A stretch of DNA of 64,000 nucleotides from a virus. Within the stretch, counting starts at the first letter, position 1. Every line of letters starts with the position of its first letter. The notes beneath the pieces were generated by a model. The model did no database searches and was not told the DNA's origin. It saw nothing but the letters and a program-made list of their open reading frames with translations. The stretch spans positions 18,086 to 82,085 of the IMG/VR virus record IMGVR_UViG_3300047476_001831. The stretch is one strand, 5' to 3'. The translations under genes and the position numbers were made by a program. Shown in pieces: positions 24,991 to 34,185 of this stretch.

Positions 24991-25631
24991 GTTTTGTAAA
25001 ACCAATTAAATATGGAACACTTACTAGTGATTCATCTAAAACATTTGTTTACACACCAGAACAAAATGATCAAATTGTAGCACCATTTGATGGTGTTATT
25101 ACTGATACCAATTTAAACAAATGTGGTGGTTTTATACAATTATCTCATTTGATTGGTGGAAAACTTATCTATTCTGAAATATGTGGTGTAAATAAAAATA
25201 TTTTGGTAGGTAGTGGTATGGAGGTAAAAAAGGGTGAAGTTATTGGACAATGTGGTGGAAAAGATGTTACGTTTGAAGTAAAGGATTCAAATAAAGATAA
25301 GATAACTATAGCACAATTCTTTTCTACTAAATCAGAGGTTGAAAAGAATAAGAAAGAAGATGAAACTAAAAAGTCTGATGACTCTAAGAAAAAAGAAGAA
25401 AAGAAAAAACAAGAAAAGAATCAAGAGGATAATTTAAATGAACCCAAGGATAAAAAAGGTTGGGATTGGAAAAATCCAAGAAATCCTAAAGAGCTTCCTA
25501 ATTTGTTTACAAGTTTAATGTTAACCCCTTTTGCAATGATAGAAAAAGGACTTACATCAAAGAAAAAAGAAAACAAAGAAGAAGATGAAAAATTAAACGA
25601 AGAACTAAAAAGAATTAAAAAATTATTATAA
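24987..25631 (+). CDS. M23 peptidase-like protein (degenerate)
   Basis: IVAPFDGVI...VGSGMEVKKGEVIG; HxH metal ligands not seen. Confidence 0.6.
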   Translation: MSFVKPIKYGTLTSDSSKTFVYTPEQNDQIVAPFDGVITDTNLNKCGGFIQLSHLIGGKLIYSEICGVNKNILVGSGMEVKKGEVIGQCGGKDVTFEVKDSNKDKITIAQFFSTKSEVEKNKKEDETKKSDDSKKKEEKKKQEKNQEDNLNEPKDKKGWDWKNPRNPKELPNLFTSLMLTPFAMIEKGLTSKKKENKEEDEKLNEELKRIKKLL

Positions 25632-25686
25632 TAAAAAATCCCCATCCAAAAGGTGGGGATTCTTATTTTTTGGTTAGAAATTAAAA

Positions 25687-25851
25687 CTATTTCTCAACCT
25701 TAGCAGAATCAACAGAAGGGGTTGTTACTGTAGTAGTTTCAACTGCTGTAGAATCTGTTGCAGGAGTTGTTTCTTCAGTAGATGCAGTAGAACCACAAGA
25801 AGCTAAAATAGTGCTTAGAACTACGATTGTTCCAAAAAGTACGTTTTTCAT
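25687..25851 (-). CDS. Small Ser/Thr-rich lipoprotein (54 aa)
   Basis: MKNVLFGTIVVLSTILASCGSTASTEETT...; lipobox LASC. Confidence 0.7.
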   Translation of the reverse strand: MKNVLFGTIVVLSTILASCGSTASTEETTPATDSTAVETTTVTTPSVDSAKVEK

Positions 25852-25917
25852 TTTTTAAAAATTTTTTTTAAGATTTAATTTTGTATTTGTTATTGAACAC
25901 TTAATAAATACACAATT

Positions 25918-26343
25918 ATGGATAAGAAGTCAAATCTATTTGATTTTTTTTTGTTAAAATTTATACTTATGAAAAAAATATATAATATGAATTGGAAACA
26001 CACCTTAATTATCGTGGTGTCTATTCTTTTTATTGGTATGGGACTTGGATATCTAATCAGTTATAATGCTGTGGAAACAAGATCCATCAATCAACAAATT
26101 ATAGATACTGAAAGAAAAGTAATTGATTCCTTATTTAAGGAATTAACCATTATGAAAGCTGAGAGAGAGAAAATGGAATCTCAACTAGATGAACTCACTG
26201 CTGGTATTAGAATCAGTGAAACGAATTTGTCAACAAAAATAAACCAACTAAAAATTCAAAACAATGTTAAGATTGACGCTATTACTAGTAGTACTAATGA
26301 CCAGCTTCTCGATGGGTTACGCGCAAGATTCTATAAAAAATAA
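25918..26343 (+). CDS. TM plus coiled-coil protein (spanin-like?)
   Basis: N-terminal TM, long coiled coil; true start probably 25969 or 25987. Confidence 0.6.
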   Translation: MDKKSNLFDFFLLKFILMKKIYNMNWKHTLIIVVSILFIGMGLGYLISYNAVETRSINQQIIDTERKVIDSLFKELTIMKAEREKMESQLDELTAGIRISETNLSTKINQLKIQNNVKIDAITSSTNDQLLDGLRARFYKK

Positions 26344-26758
26344 TTCAGATACAATCAAACCTCAAATTGATTTAATGATAATTAATGGTGATACCTTATT
26401 CACTATCAACAGAAAGTTAGCTGAAACTATTGCAATAGAACATGATTCTTTGGAGTTAACAGCGGAACGATTAAATGATTGTACAGATGCTTTGATAAGT
26501 TGTATTGATGTGAAAAACCAATATAAAGTAGCATTAGAAAAATCAGAGGGAATTACTGATATGTTGAAGAAGGAATTGGATAAAAAGGATAGGATTATAC
26601 AAGGTTATCAAACAATAGATGTATCACAACAAAAAATTATTGGGGAACTACATAATGAGTTTAAGAAAGCAAGAAATAGAAATAAGTGGTTGACAGGCAT
26701 TACAATTGGAGGGACTACTTTAGGGTTTACTTCAATAATCCTTTTACTTCTAAAATGA
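26264..26758 (+). CDS. Signal peptide, coiled coil and C-terminal TM protein (spanin-like?)
   Basis: Overlaps upstream gene by 80 nt. Confidence 0.6.
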   Translation: MLRLTLLLVVLMTSFSMGYAQDSIKNNSDTIKPQIDLMIINGDTLFTINRKLAETIAIEHDSLELTAERLNDCTDALISCIDVKNQYKVALEKSEGITDMLKKELDKKDRIIQGYQTIDVSQQKIIGELHNEFKKARNRNKWLTGITIGGTTLGFTSIILLLLK

Positions 26759-26810
26759 TTTATTTAGATTTAATATGTCTTCGGACATTAAATTTAAATA
26801 ATTTATTATT

Positions 26811-27191
26811 ATGGAAATTACTTATTTTGCTTTAGGTATGCTCTCGATGGTGGCTCTAGTATTTGTTGGAGTTATTGTTTGGGGTGTGTTTAAGGTTATG
26901 AAAATTGAAAACCAAATTGTTGGTATAAAAGAAAGTCATAGATTTGATGTTGATAACATTCAACGTCAATTCGATAATGTCTATAGGTCTATTGGTGAAC
27001 TTAGAGATGATTCGTACAGAGGAATTCACGAGTTTAATAAAGATGTTCACAAAAAAATTGAAGATATTGAAGGGCATCATAACATTAAGTTCGATGAAAT
27101 TTCAAGAATGGTTAATGATATGTATAATGATGCTTGTAGATATACAGATAGAAGATTTGATAAAGCAAAACCACAAAAAGAAGTTCTATAA
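26811..27191 (+). CDS. TM plus coiled-coil hypothetical protein
   Basis: ORF; cUUCGg hairpin in 5' region. Confidence 0.7.
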   Translation: MEITYFALGMLSMVALVFVGVIVWGVFKVMKIENQIVGIKESHRFDVDNIQRQFDNVYRSIGELRDDSYRGIHEFNKDVHKKIEDIEGHHNIKFDEISRMVNDMYNDACRYTDRRFDKAKPQKEVL

Positions 27192-27227
27192 ATTAAAAAC
27201 CCCTCTTTATCGGAGGGGTTATTTTTT

Positions 27228-27608
27228 TGGTGGAGGCATAGGGAGTCGAACCCTTTCCTGTCCATCTTAACTATTAAGGACTACATGCTTAGGACAACAT
27301 TATTCACAATGTTCCGAGTTAGTTAATTTTTGATACCCCAAAATCAACAAAATCAGTCAATTCATTTTTAGGGATGAGAATTGATTAGACAACCCTATAG
27401 TACTTCTGTTCCTGAGTGAATGTACCCCGACTCGAAAGTAATGACCTATTGACTAGGCTACTACTGCTTCTTCAGCACGGATTAAACCTACTGCAGAAAG
27501 TTTGTTGATAACGTTGCCGTTTATCGTTTCAAACCAGTTTAACAGACTTAGTTTAGGTCTGGCATGCCCCAAATAACTAACTATGTCAGTCGATACCAAA
27601 TTGCCCCC
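27228..27608 (-). ncRNA. ssrA: tmRNA; tag (A)GNVINKLSAVGLIRAEEAVVA
   Basis: 5' GGGGGCA..TATCGAC, 3' GGGTTCGACTCCC-TATGCCTCCACCA, G3:U pair, resume context ATAAAC-GGC; tag 27518..27453. Confidence 0.93.
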
Positions 27609-27694
27609 ATATTTTCAAATAACAATACTCAAATATAAATATAGTTATTGATTAAACCAATAAATTAAGGTATTTATTAATAAAAATATTTTTT

Positions 27695-29095
27695 ATGACA
27701 CCAAAGGAATTAGCTGATGAACAATCAAAGGTGATATTTGAGAATGACGATGTTATGTTCATTGAAATATATGGTTATCAGGCAATGGAATATTATGGTT
27801 CTGAATACTTGAATCGTACATATAAACCGAATAAATTAAGAGGTGGGGATTTGTATTTAGTTATTGATAAAAATGGAGATAACAATTATCAAATATTTGA
27901 ACCGAAACATGGTAATGTTGAGATTGAGGATTTTGATGGTAGAATGAAAGAATTTGTTGATGTGATTAAAAAATATCCTGATTTAGAAAAAATACTTATT
28001 GATTTGGTAACAATTAATACACCCTATGGGATGTTGTTAGCGATAAAAAATGGTATTGATGTTGATAGATGGAGATTAAGAGATATTGATGATTGTTTTT
28101 CTAAAGTAGTTTTGAACCAAAAAAATCCAGGAAAAAGTATGATTGAGCTGAGTTTTGATGAGAGTGAATTTTTCGATTTTTTTGAGTTTACTAATGGGGA
28201 TTGGGACAAGAAAATACTATCTAGTTTATTTGGTGGTAGGTATGGTGGATACTATGGATATGACATTTATGATAGTGATACGATTTATTACGATTGGAAA
28301 GAAGGATACATTTTGAGAAATATTAATGATGAAAATGAACAATTACTTACAAAAATAGTAACAATCGCATCACCAGCTCTATTGAAATTCAAAGATAATC
28401 AAGACAAATATTATGAAAGTGTTTCCAAATTTTTAGATGACAACTTTAACGGTGAGGCGGAGAATATGAAAGATGAATATAAGGATTTGTTAAATAATGG
28501 AGCTGATGAAAAAATTAAGAAATTTGCAATAAGTGATATTGGTGATCCATTTAGAGACTATGGTGTGATAGTAAAGGGTGAAAAATATTTTAGTAATTAT
28601 GTTACAACCGTAAATGTCCTATTAACACTATATAAAATGATGGGTGTTGACAAATCCGCAACTTTGAAAGAATTATTTGAAAAATTAGGTAAAAGTTTGA
28701 ATTTGAATATTGGAAACTATAACGAGATTGGAAGAGAAGCTTACGAAATTGATGAGGAAAGATGGAATGATGTGGTTAAATCTAACTTGGAGGAAATTCT
28801 AGAATACATAGAAGAAAATCCTGAACAATTTGAAGGAACAAAAAAATATGGTGAAGTTCTTCAAGCAATAGATAAGATGGGATATGAAATCGGTAGTGAT
28901 TATCCTTTACCTTATGATAGAAAAAAAATATTTAGAATTGATGATATAAACAAAGAAAACTTAAGAATTATTTTAAGTTACAATGGTGATAAAGGATTCG
29001 AAAGGAGAACTTATTCTTTAGAGGAATTCAATAATTTTTTACAATCACCAGAATTATTTGAAAGTTTAGTAAAAAAATTAAAAAAAATGTTGTAA
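27695..29095 (+). CDS. Hypothetical protein (late-motif gene)
   Basis: 466-aa ORF, C-terminal LFESLVKKLKKML. Confidence 0.75.
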   Translation: MTPKELADEQSKVIFENDDVMFIEIYGYQAMEYYGSEYLNRTYKPNKLRGGDLYLVIDKNGDNNYQIFEPKHGNVEIEDFDGRMKEFVDVIKKYPDLEKILIDLVTINTPYGMLLAIKNGIDVDRWRLRDIDDCFSKVVLNQKNPGKSMIELSFDESEFFDFFEFTNGDWDKKILSSLFGGRYGGYYGYDIYDSDTIYYDWKEGYILRNINDENEQLLTKIVTIASPALLKFKDNQDKYYESVSKFLDDNFNGEAENMKDEYKDLLNNGADEKIKKFAISDIGDPFRDYGVIVKGEKYFSNYVTTVNVLLTLYKMMGVDKSATLKELFEKLGKSLNLNIGNYNEIGREAYEIDEERWNDVVKSNLEEILEYIEENPEQFEGTKKYGEVLQAIDKMGYEIGSDYPLPYDRKKIFRIDDINKENLRIILSYNGDKGFERRTYSLEEFNNFLQSPELFESLVKKLKKML

Positions 29096-29104
29096 GATTG
29101 TGTT

Positions 29105-29923
29105 ATGAAACACGATTACAATTTACTAAAAAAGGTTTTGTCCGTACCTACCAAGACATACAAAGAGGACTTAATGATTCAATTCCTTTGTGAATGGTTA
29201 ACAGAAAACAACATCCCATATAATGTTGATAAAATGGGTAATGTTTATGCGACCAAACAAACAGATGAAATTGAATACTTTCCTTGTGTTGTTGCTCACA
29301 CAGATACAGTCCACGAATTAGACACAATCAACATCCGAGAAATGATGTTACCCAACGACCAAAATGAATTAAAGATGGCGTTGAAAGCATTTAATGATGA
29401 AGGATTACCCACAGGAATTGGGGGTGATGATAAATGTGGTGTCTATGTATGTTTGGAACTATTAAAAAGTTTACCAAATATTAAAGCAGCTTTCTTTGTC
29501 TCAGAGGAAACTGGTTGTCACGGTTCAAGAAAGGCTGATAAAGATTTTTTCTCAAACGTTGGTTATGTACTACAATTTGACGCCCCAGGTAATTGGATGG
29601 TAAGTGAATATTGTATGGGTGTTAAACTTTTTGATAAAGAATCTGACTTTTTCAATAAATGTGACAAGGTATTAACTGAAGGTTTCAATAATAGAAACAA
29701 ATATCAGTCACATCCATACACAGATGTTTATGCACTTAAACAACAATTTGATTTTTCATGTATTAATTTTGCGGTTGGATATTATAACTATCATACTCCT
29801 CACGAGTATGTTATTGTTGATGATGTATTCAATACTTTGGATATTGCAAATAAAATGATTGGTGAATTGGGATGTGAAAAATATGAAAAGAAGTTAGAAT
29901 CAAGAGGAAATTCAATCCTTTAA
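29105..29923 (+). CDS. M20/M28-family zinc peptidase
   Basis: AHTDTVH, GGDDKCG, SEETG, YHTPHE. Confidence 0.85.
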   Translation: MKHDYNLLKKVLSVPTKTYKEDLMIQFLCEWLTENNIPYNVDKMGNVYATKQTDEIEYFPCVVAHTDTVHELDTINIREMMLPNDQNELKMALKAFNDEGLPTGIGGDDKCGVYVCLELLKSLPNIKAAFFVSEETGCHGSRKADKDFFSNVGYVLQFDAPGNWMVSEYCMGVKLFDKESDFFNKCDKVLTEGFNNRNKYQSHPYTDVYALKQQFDFSCINFAVGYYNYHTPHEYVIVDDVFNTLDIANKMIGELGCEKYEKKLESRGNSIL

Positions 29924-29950
29924 AGATATTTATAATTTAAAAAGATTAAA

Positions 29951-30424
29951 ATGAAAAAAATTATTTATTTGACTGAAAGTGATTTATATAGGATTAGTGA
30001 AAAAATCATAAAGGAGGGCGAGATTGAAGAGGGGATTTTTGATGGAATAAGTAACATCTACCAAGGACTAAAAGGTGTATGGAGAGGTGAGGGGTTTGAA
30101 TTTTTCAAACATTTAAGTTCACTCAAAAATTTAGCTAAAGAACTTAAAAAGTTAGATAAACCAAATGTAAAAATAATGACAAAGCTTACTGAATTAAAAA
30201 GTAAGATATCAAGTTCAAAAATGCCTGATGATAAAAAAGGACAACTAATATATGAAATTGATGAAGCTCTTAAAAATTTTAATGAATATTCAACACACAT
30301 TGATAATTTAGAAAAGGTTGCATCTGAAAGATTACAGGGTACATCAAATTTTACAGGTAATCCAAAAAGTGGATTAACATCACAACCAACATCAACACAA
30401 CAAACTGGTCTTACACCACCATAA
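29951..30424 (+). CDS. Hypothetical, probable head-internal protein
   Basis: N-terminal MKKIIYLTESDL; ATATTTAT upstream. Confidence 0.65.
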   Translation: MKKIIYLTESDLYRISEKIIKEGEIEEGIFDGISNIYQGLKGVWRGEGFEFFKHLSSLKNLAKELKKLDKPNVKIMTKLTELKSKISSSKMPDDKKGQLIYEIDEALKNFNEYSTHIDNLEKVASERLQGTSNFTGNPKSGLTSQPTSTQQTGLTPP

Positions 30425-30434
30425 AAAAAAGGGA

Positions 30435-32465
30435 CTATTCAGTCCCTTTTTTCTTTTTAACCTTTTTAACTTCTTTTGGTTTGAAAATAACATTTTCTTC
30501 TTCTACTGTAAGTGTATATTCATCATTCTCAACTACATTTCCATTTAATACTTCCTCCGATATAAAATCTTCAATTTTATCTTGTATTGCACGTTTGATT
30601 GGTCTAGCTCCATAAGTTTCATCAAAACCTACTTTGGATATTAGTTCCAATACTTTTTCATCACAATTGATGTTATAATTTAAACCTTTCAATCTACTGA
30701 TTAATTTATCAATTTCTAGTTTAACTATTTGTTTAACTTCATCTTCTTTCAATGTGTTGAAAACAATAATTTCGTCAATACGATTTAAAAACTCAGGGGC
30801 AAAAAACTTTTTGAGTTCTTTTTTCAGAGTGTCTCTTTTTTGTTCCTCTTCAATATATGTGTTCGTCATTGTTTTAAATCCAACACCAGTCCCAAAGTCT
30901 TGTAATTTTTTAACACCCAAATTTGATGTCATAATAATGACACAATTTTTAAAGTTAATTTTTCTACCCAATCCATCAGTAAGATGTCCATCATCTAAAA
31001 CTTGGAGTAAGGTTGAAAATACATCTTTATTAGCCTTTTCAATTTCATCAAAAAGAATTACAGAATATGGTTTATTTTTAACTTGTTCTGTTAATTGTCC
31101 CCCTTCATCATAACCAACATAACCAGGAGGTGAACCAATCAATCTTGATATTGTGTGTTTTTCTTGGAACTCTGACATATCTACACGAATAAGATTATCT
31201 TCACTTCCAAAGATTTCTTTTGCTAATTGTTTTGCAAGATAAGTTTTACCCACACCTGTTGACCCTAAGAAAATAAATGAACCAATTGGTTTAGATGGGT
31301 CTTTAATACCTAATCTGTTTCTTCTTATGGCTTTAGCTATTTTAGAAACAGCTTCAGACTGACCAATTACTTTTGAAGATAGATTTTCATCTAATGAAGA
31401 TAATTTATTGGTTTCATCTGAACTCATTTTTGATACAGGTATTTTAGTCATATTAGATACTACTTCATATACTAATTCAGAACTAACCTCTTTTTTCTTA
31501 TGTAATAAATCAAATTCAAATTTCTTTTTTTCATCTTCCAATCTATCTAAGATTTTTGTTTCCTTGTCTCTTAAATCTGCAGCTAATTCGTAGTTTTGAG
31601 TTTTAACAACCTCAATCTTTTCTTGTTTGATTCGTTGTGCTTGAAGTTTTAAATCTTCAATAACTTGGGGCATTTTGATTTCAACTTGACTTCTTGCCCC
31701 AACTTCATCAATAATATCAAATGCTTTATCTGGGAACTCTCTGTCTGTGATATATCTTTCCGCTAAATCAACACATAATTTTAAAACCTCATCGGTATAA
31801 CTTACTTTGTGGTAATTTTCATATTTTTCTTTAACATTGATAAGGATTTGTAATGTTTCATCTTTTGATGATGGGTCAACAATTACTTTTTGGAAACGTC
31901 TTTCTAATGCCCCATCTTTTTCAAAGTTCTTTCTATATTCATCTAGTGTTGTTGCACCAATACATTGGATTTCACCCCTTGCCAAAGCTGGTTTGAATAT
32001 GTTTGATGCGTCTAAAGAACCTGAAGAATTACCAGCACCTACTATTTGATGGATTTCATCTATAAATAATATAATATTTGGGGCTGATTGTAACTCTTCA
32101 ATAATTACTTTCATTCTTTCTTCAAATTGGCCACGATACTTAGTTCCAGCAACAATTGAAGTCATATCCAAAGACATAATTCTCTTATCCATTAGATTTC
32201 TTGGACATTCACCATTCAATATTTTTAGTGCTAATCCTTCAACAATTGCAGTTTTACCACAACCTGGTTCACCAATTATAATTGGGTTGTTTTTCTTTCT
32301 TCTTGATAAGATTTGTGCAATCCTTGTGATTTCTCTATCACGACCTACAACCGGGTCAAGTTTTCCTTCTTCAGCAAGTTTTACCAAATCTTTTGCAAAG
32401 TTATTTAGTACTGGTGTATCACCCTTACCTTTACTTGAGTAATCTCCATCTTTAGAATCTATCAT
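30435..32465 (-). CDS. clpC: ClpC-like AAA+ chaperone lacking the N-terminal Clp repeat domain
   Basis: Walker A GEPGCGKT and GSTGVGKT, UVR middle domain, GVGF loop. Confidence 0.9.
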   Translation of the reverse strand: MIDSKDGDYSSKGKGDTPVLNNFAKDLVKLAEEGKLDPVVGRDREITRIAQILSRRKKNNPIIIGEPGCGKTAIVEGLALKILNGECPRNLMDKRIMSLDMTSIVAGTKYRGQFEERMKVIIEELQSAPNIILFIDEIHQIVGAGNSSGSLDASNIFKPALARGEIQCIGATTLDEYRKNFEKDGALERRFQKVIVDPSSKDETLQILINVKEKYENYHKVSYTDEVLKLCVDLAERYITDREFPDKAFDIIDEVGARSQVEIKMPQVIEDLKLQAQRIKQEKIEVVKTQNYELAADLRDKETKILDRLEDEKKKFEFDLLHKKKEVSSELVYEVVSNMTKIPVSKMSSDETNKLSSLDENLSSKVIGQSEAVSKIAKAIRRNRLGIKDPSKPIGSFIFLGSTGVGKTYLAKQLAKEIFGSEDNLIRVDMSEFQEKHTISRLIGSPPGYVGYDEGGQLTEQVKNKPYSVILFDEIEKANKDVFSTLLQVLDDGHLTDGLGRKINFKNCVIIMTSNLGVKKLQDFGTGVGFKTMTNTYIEEEQKRDTLKKELKKFFAPEFLNRIDEIIVFNTLKEDEVKQIVKLEIDKLISRLKGLNYNINCDEKVLELISKVGFDETYGARPIKRAIQDKIEDFISEEVLNGNVVENDEYTLTVEEENVIFKPKEVKKVKKKKGTE

Positions 32466-32635
32466 AATTTGTTTTTACTTAATAATAATATTTTATTCAA
32501 TATTTTCAACTGGTTATACTATGACAAAATGTCAGTGTAATTTTTAATAAAACTGACAATCTTGATTATTTTATATAAATGGTATATTATTCGTGTTATA
32601 GAAATTAAAATAAACTTTAAAACAAAAATATTAAT

Positions 32636-33079
32636 ATGTCAAACAGAGATTTTTTAAAAAAATTTGATGAAATTTTACAAGAGATTTTTGGCGAGGTTAA
32701 GGGTAACCCATCAACACCATTTCAAAGTTTTTCTGACAACCTAAATTATGATAATTTAAATTCAGATTTCAGTAAGTTTAGAAATTCTGTAAGAAAAACA
32801 AAAGATGGAATTGTTACAACAATTTATTATGTAATTGGTGATGATAATAAATGGACTTCAGCTAATGATAACAATCTTAAAAATTTACAAAAAGAATTAG
32901 ATGAGTGTATTAAAAATGAGGATTTTGAAAAAGCTGTCGTGTTACGTGACAAAATAAAGAATTTTAAAAATAACTCAACCAAAATTGAAAATTTGAAAAA
33001 AGAGATGGATATTGCAATTAAAGAACAAAACTTTGAAAAAGCAATTGAAATCAGAGATGAATTAAAAAAAATAAATTAA
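32636..33079 (+). CDS. Tandem UVR (UvrB/UvrC motif) protein
   Basis: Two E.FEKA...RD..K repeats. Confidence 0.8.
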   Translation: MSNRDFLKKFDEILQEIFGEVKGNPSTPFQSFSDNLNYDNLNSDFSKFRNSVRKTKDGIVTTIYYVIGDDNKWTSANDNNLKNLQKELDECIKNEDFEKAVVLRDKIKNFKNNSTKIENLKKEMDIAIKEQNFEKAIEIRDELKKIN

Positions 33080-33122
33080 CCCTAACCCCCATTGAACTTG
33101 GGGGTTTTAAATTTAAAATATT

Positions 33123-33365
33123 ATGGCAATAATAAGAGAACAAATTAATGGTACTAAAATCATCAATGAAATTCAGTCTAGTAATATTAGAAAAACTGAG
33201 TTTGATACTGAAACAAAAGAGTTAGTTGTGGAATTTAACAACGGACTAAGATATTCTTATGAAAATGTACCCCATCAAGTTTATACACAATTCAGAATGT
33301 CAGAATCTCAAGGTAAGTATTTTAATTCCAAAATTGCAAAGACTTATAAATACAAAAAGTTATGA
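33123..33365 (+). CDS. KTSC-domain protein
   Basis: SSNI...LVVEFNNG..Y.Y.NVP..VY....S.GKYFNSKI. Confidence 0.88.
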   Translation: MAIIREQINGTKIINEIQSSNIRKTEFDTETKELVVEFNNGLRYSYENVPHQVYTQFRMSESQGKYFNSKIAKTYKYKKL

Positions 33366-33399
33366 TAATTATTGTGGAAACACAATATATTTATTATAG

Positions 33400-34146
33400 A
33401 TGGAAAATCTTAATTCTGTAATATCAAGTTTTAACTTACAAAAGACATTACAACCTAAAATTTGGGTTGACAATGGTAAAAAAATGAATCCAAAGGTTAG
33501 AAAAAATCTTTTGGAAATAGCATATCAATTCATAGACTCATTTGGATTGGATGTCGTGGTTGATGACATCATAGTAGTTGGTTCTATCGCTAACTACAAT
33601 TGGTCAAAATTTTCTGATATTGATTTACATATATTGATAGACTATAATCAATTCCCTAAAAAACTAAAACCTCTCTACATTGAATATTTTGATCTTAAAA
33701 AGATAGTCTTTAATCAAAAAAGGGATATTAAAATGTTTGGGTATGATGTTGAAGTATATGCTGAAGACAGTGATATGAAAGGGGTTAGTGGTGGAATTTA
33801 TTCAATTTTGAATGACGAATGGTTATCAAAACCAAAAAAGGAAAGTATGGATAAACCAAATTTTACGTCAATCAAACAAAAGTCAAAACAATGGATGAGA
33901 ATTATTGATGGTGTGATTGAAAATATTGAAAACGAATCCCCCAATGAGATTAAAAACATTATTAAAAAATACAAAGAGAAACTAAAAAAATATAGGTTAT
34001 GTGGACTTGAGAAAGGTGGGGAAATGTCAACTGAAAATTTAGTATTTAAAGTCTTAAGAAGAAATGGTTATATTGAAAAATTATACAATATACCAACTAA
34101 ACTCATAGATAAAAAACTTTCTTTGGATGAAAAGCTAAAGAATTAA
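33400..34146 (+). CDS. Pol-beta superfamily nucleotidyltransferase
   Basis: GSIANYNWSKFSDIDLH, DVEVY. Confidence 0.75.
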   Translation: MENLNSVISSFNLQKTLQPKIWVDNGKKMNPKVRKNLLEIAYQFIDSFGLDVVVDDIIVVGSIANYNWSKFSDIDLHILIDYNQFPKKLKPLYIEYFDLKKIVFNQKRDIKMFGYDVEVYAEDSDMKGVSGGIYSILNDEWLSKPKKESMDKPNFTSIKQKSKQWMRIIDGVIENIENESPNEIKNIIKKYKEKLKKYRLCGLEKGGEMSTENLVFKVLRRNGYIEKLYNIPTKLIDKKLSLDEKLKN

Positions 34147-34185
34147 ATAATTCTGTATATTTATATTTAAAAAACAAAAAAAATT

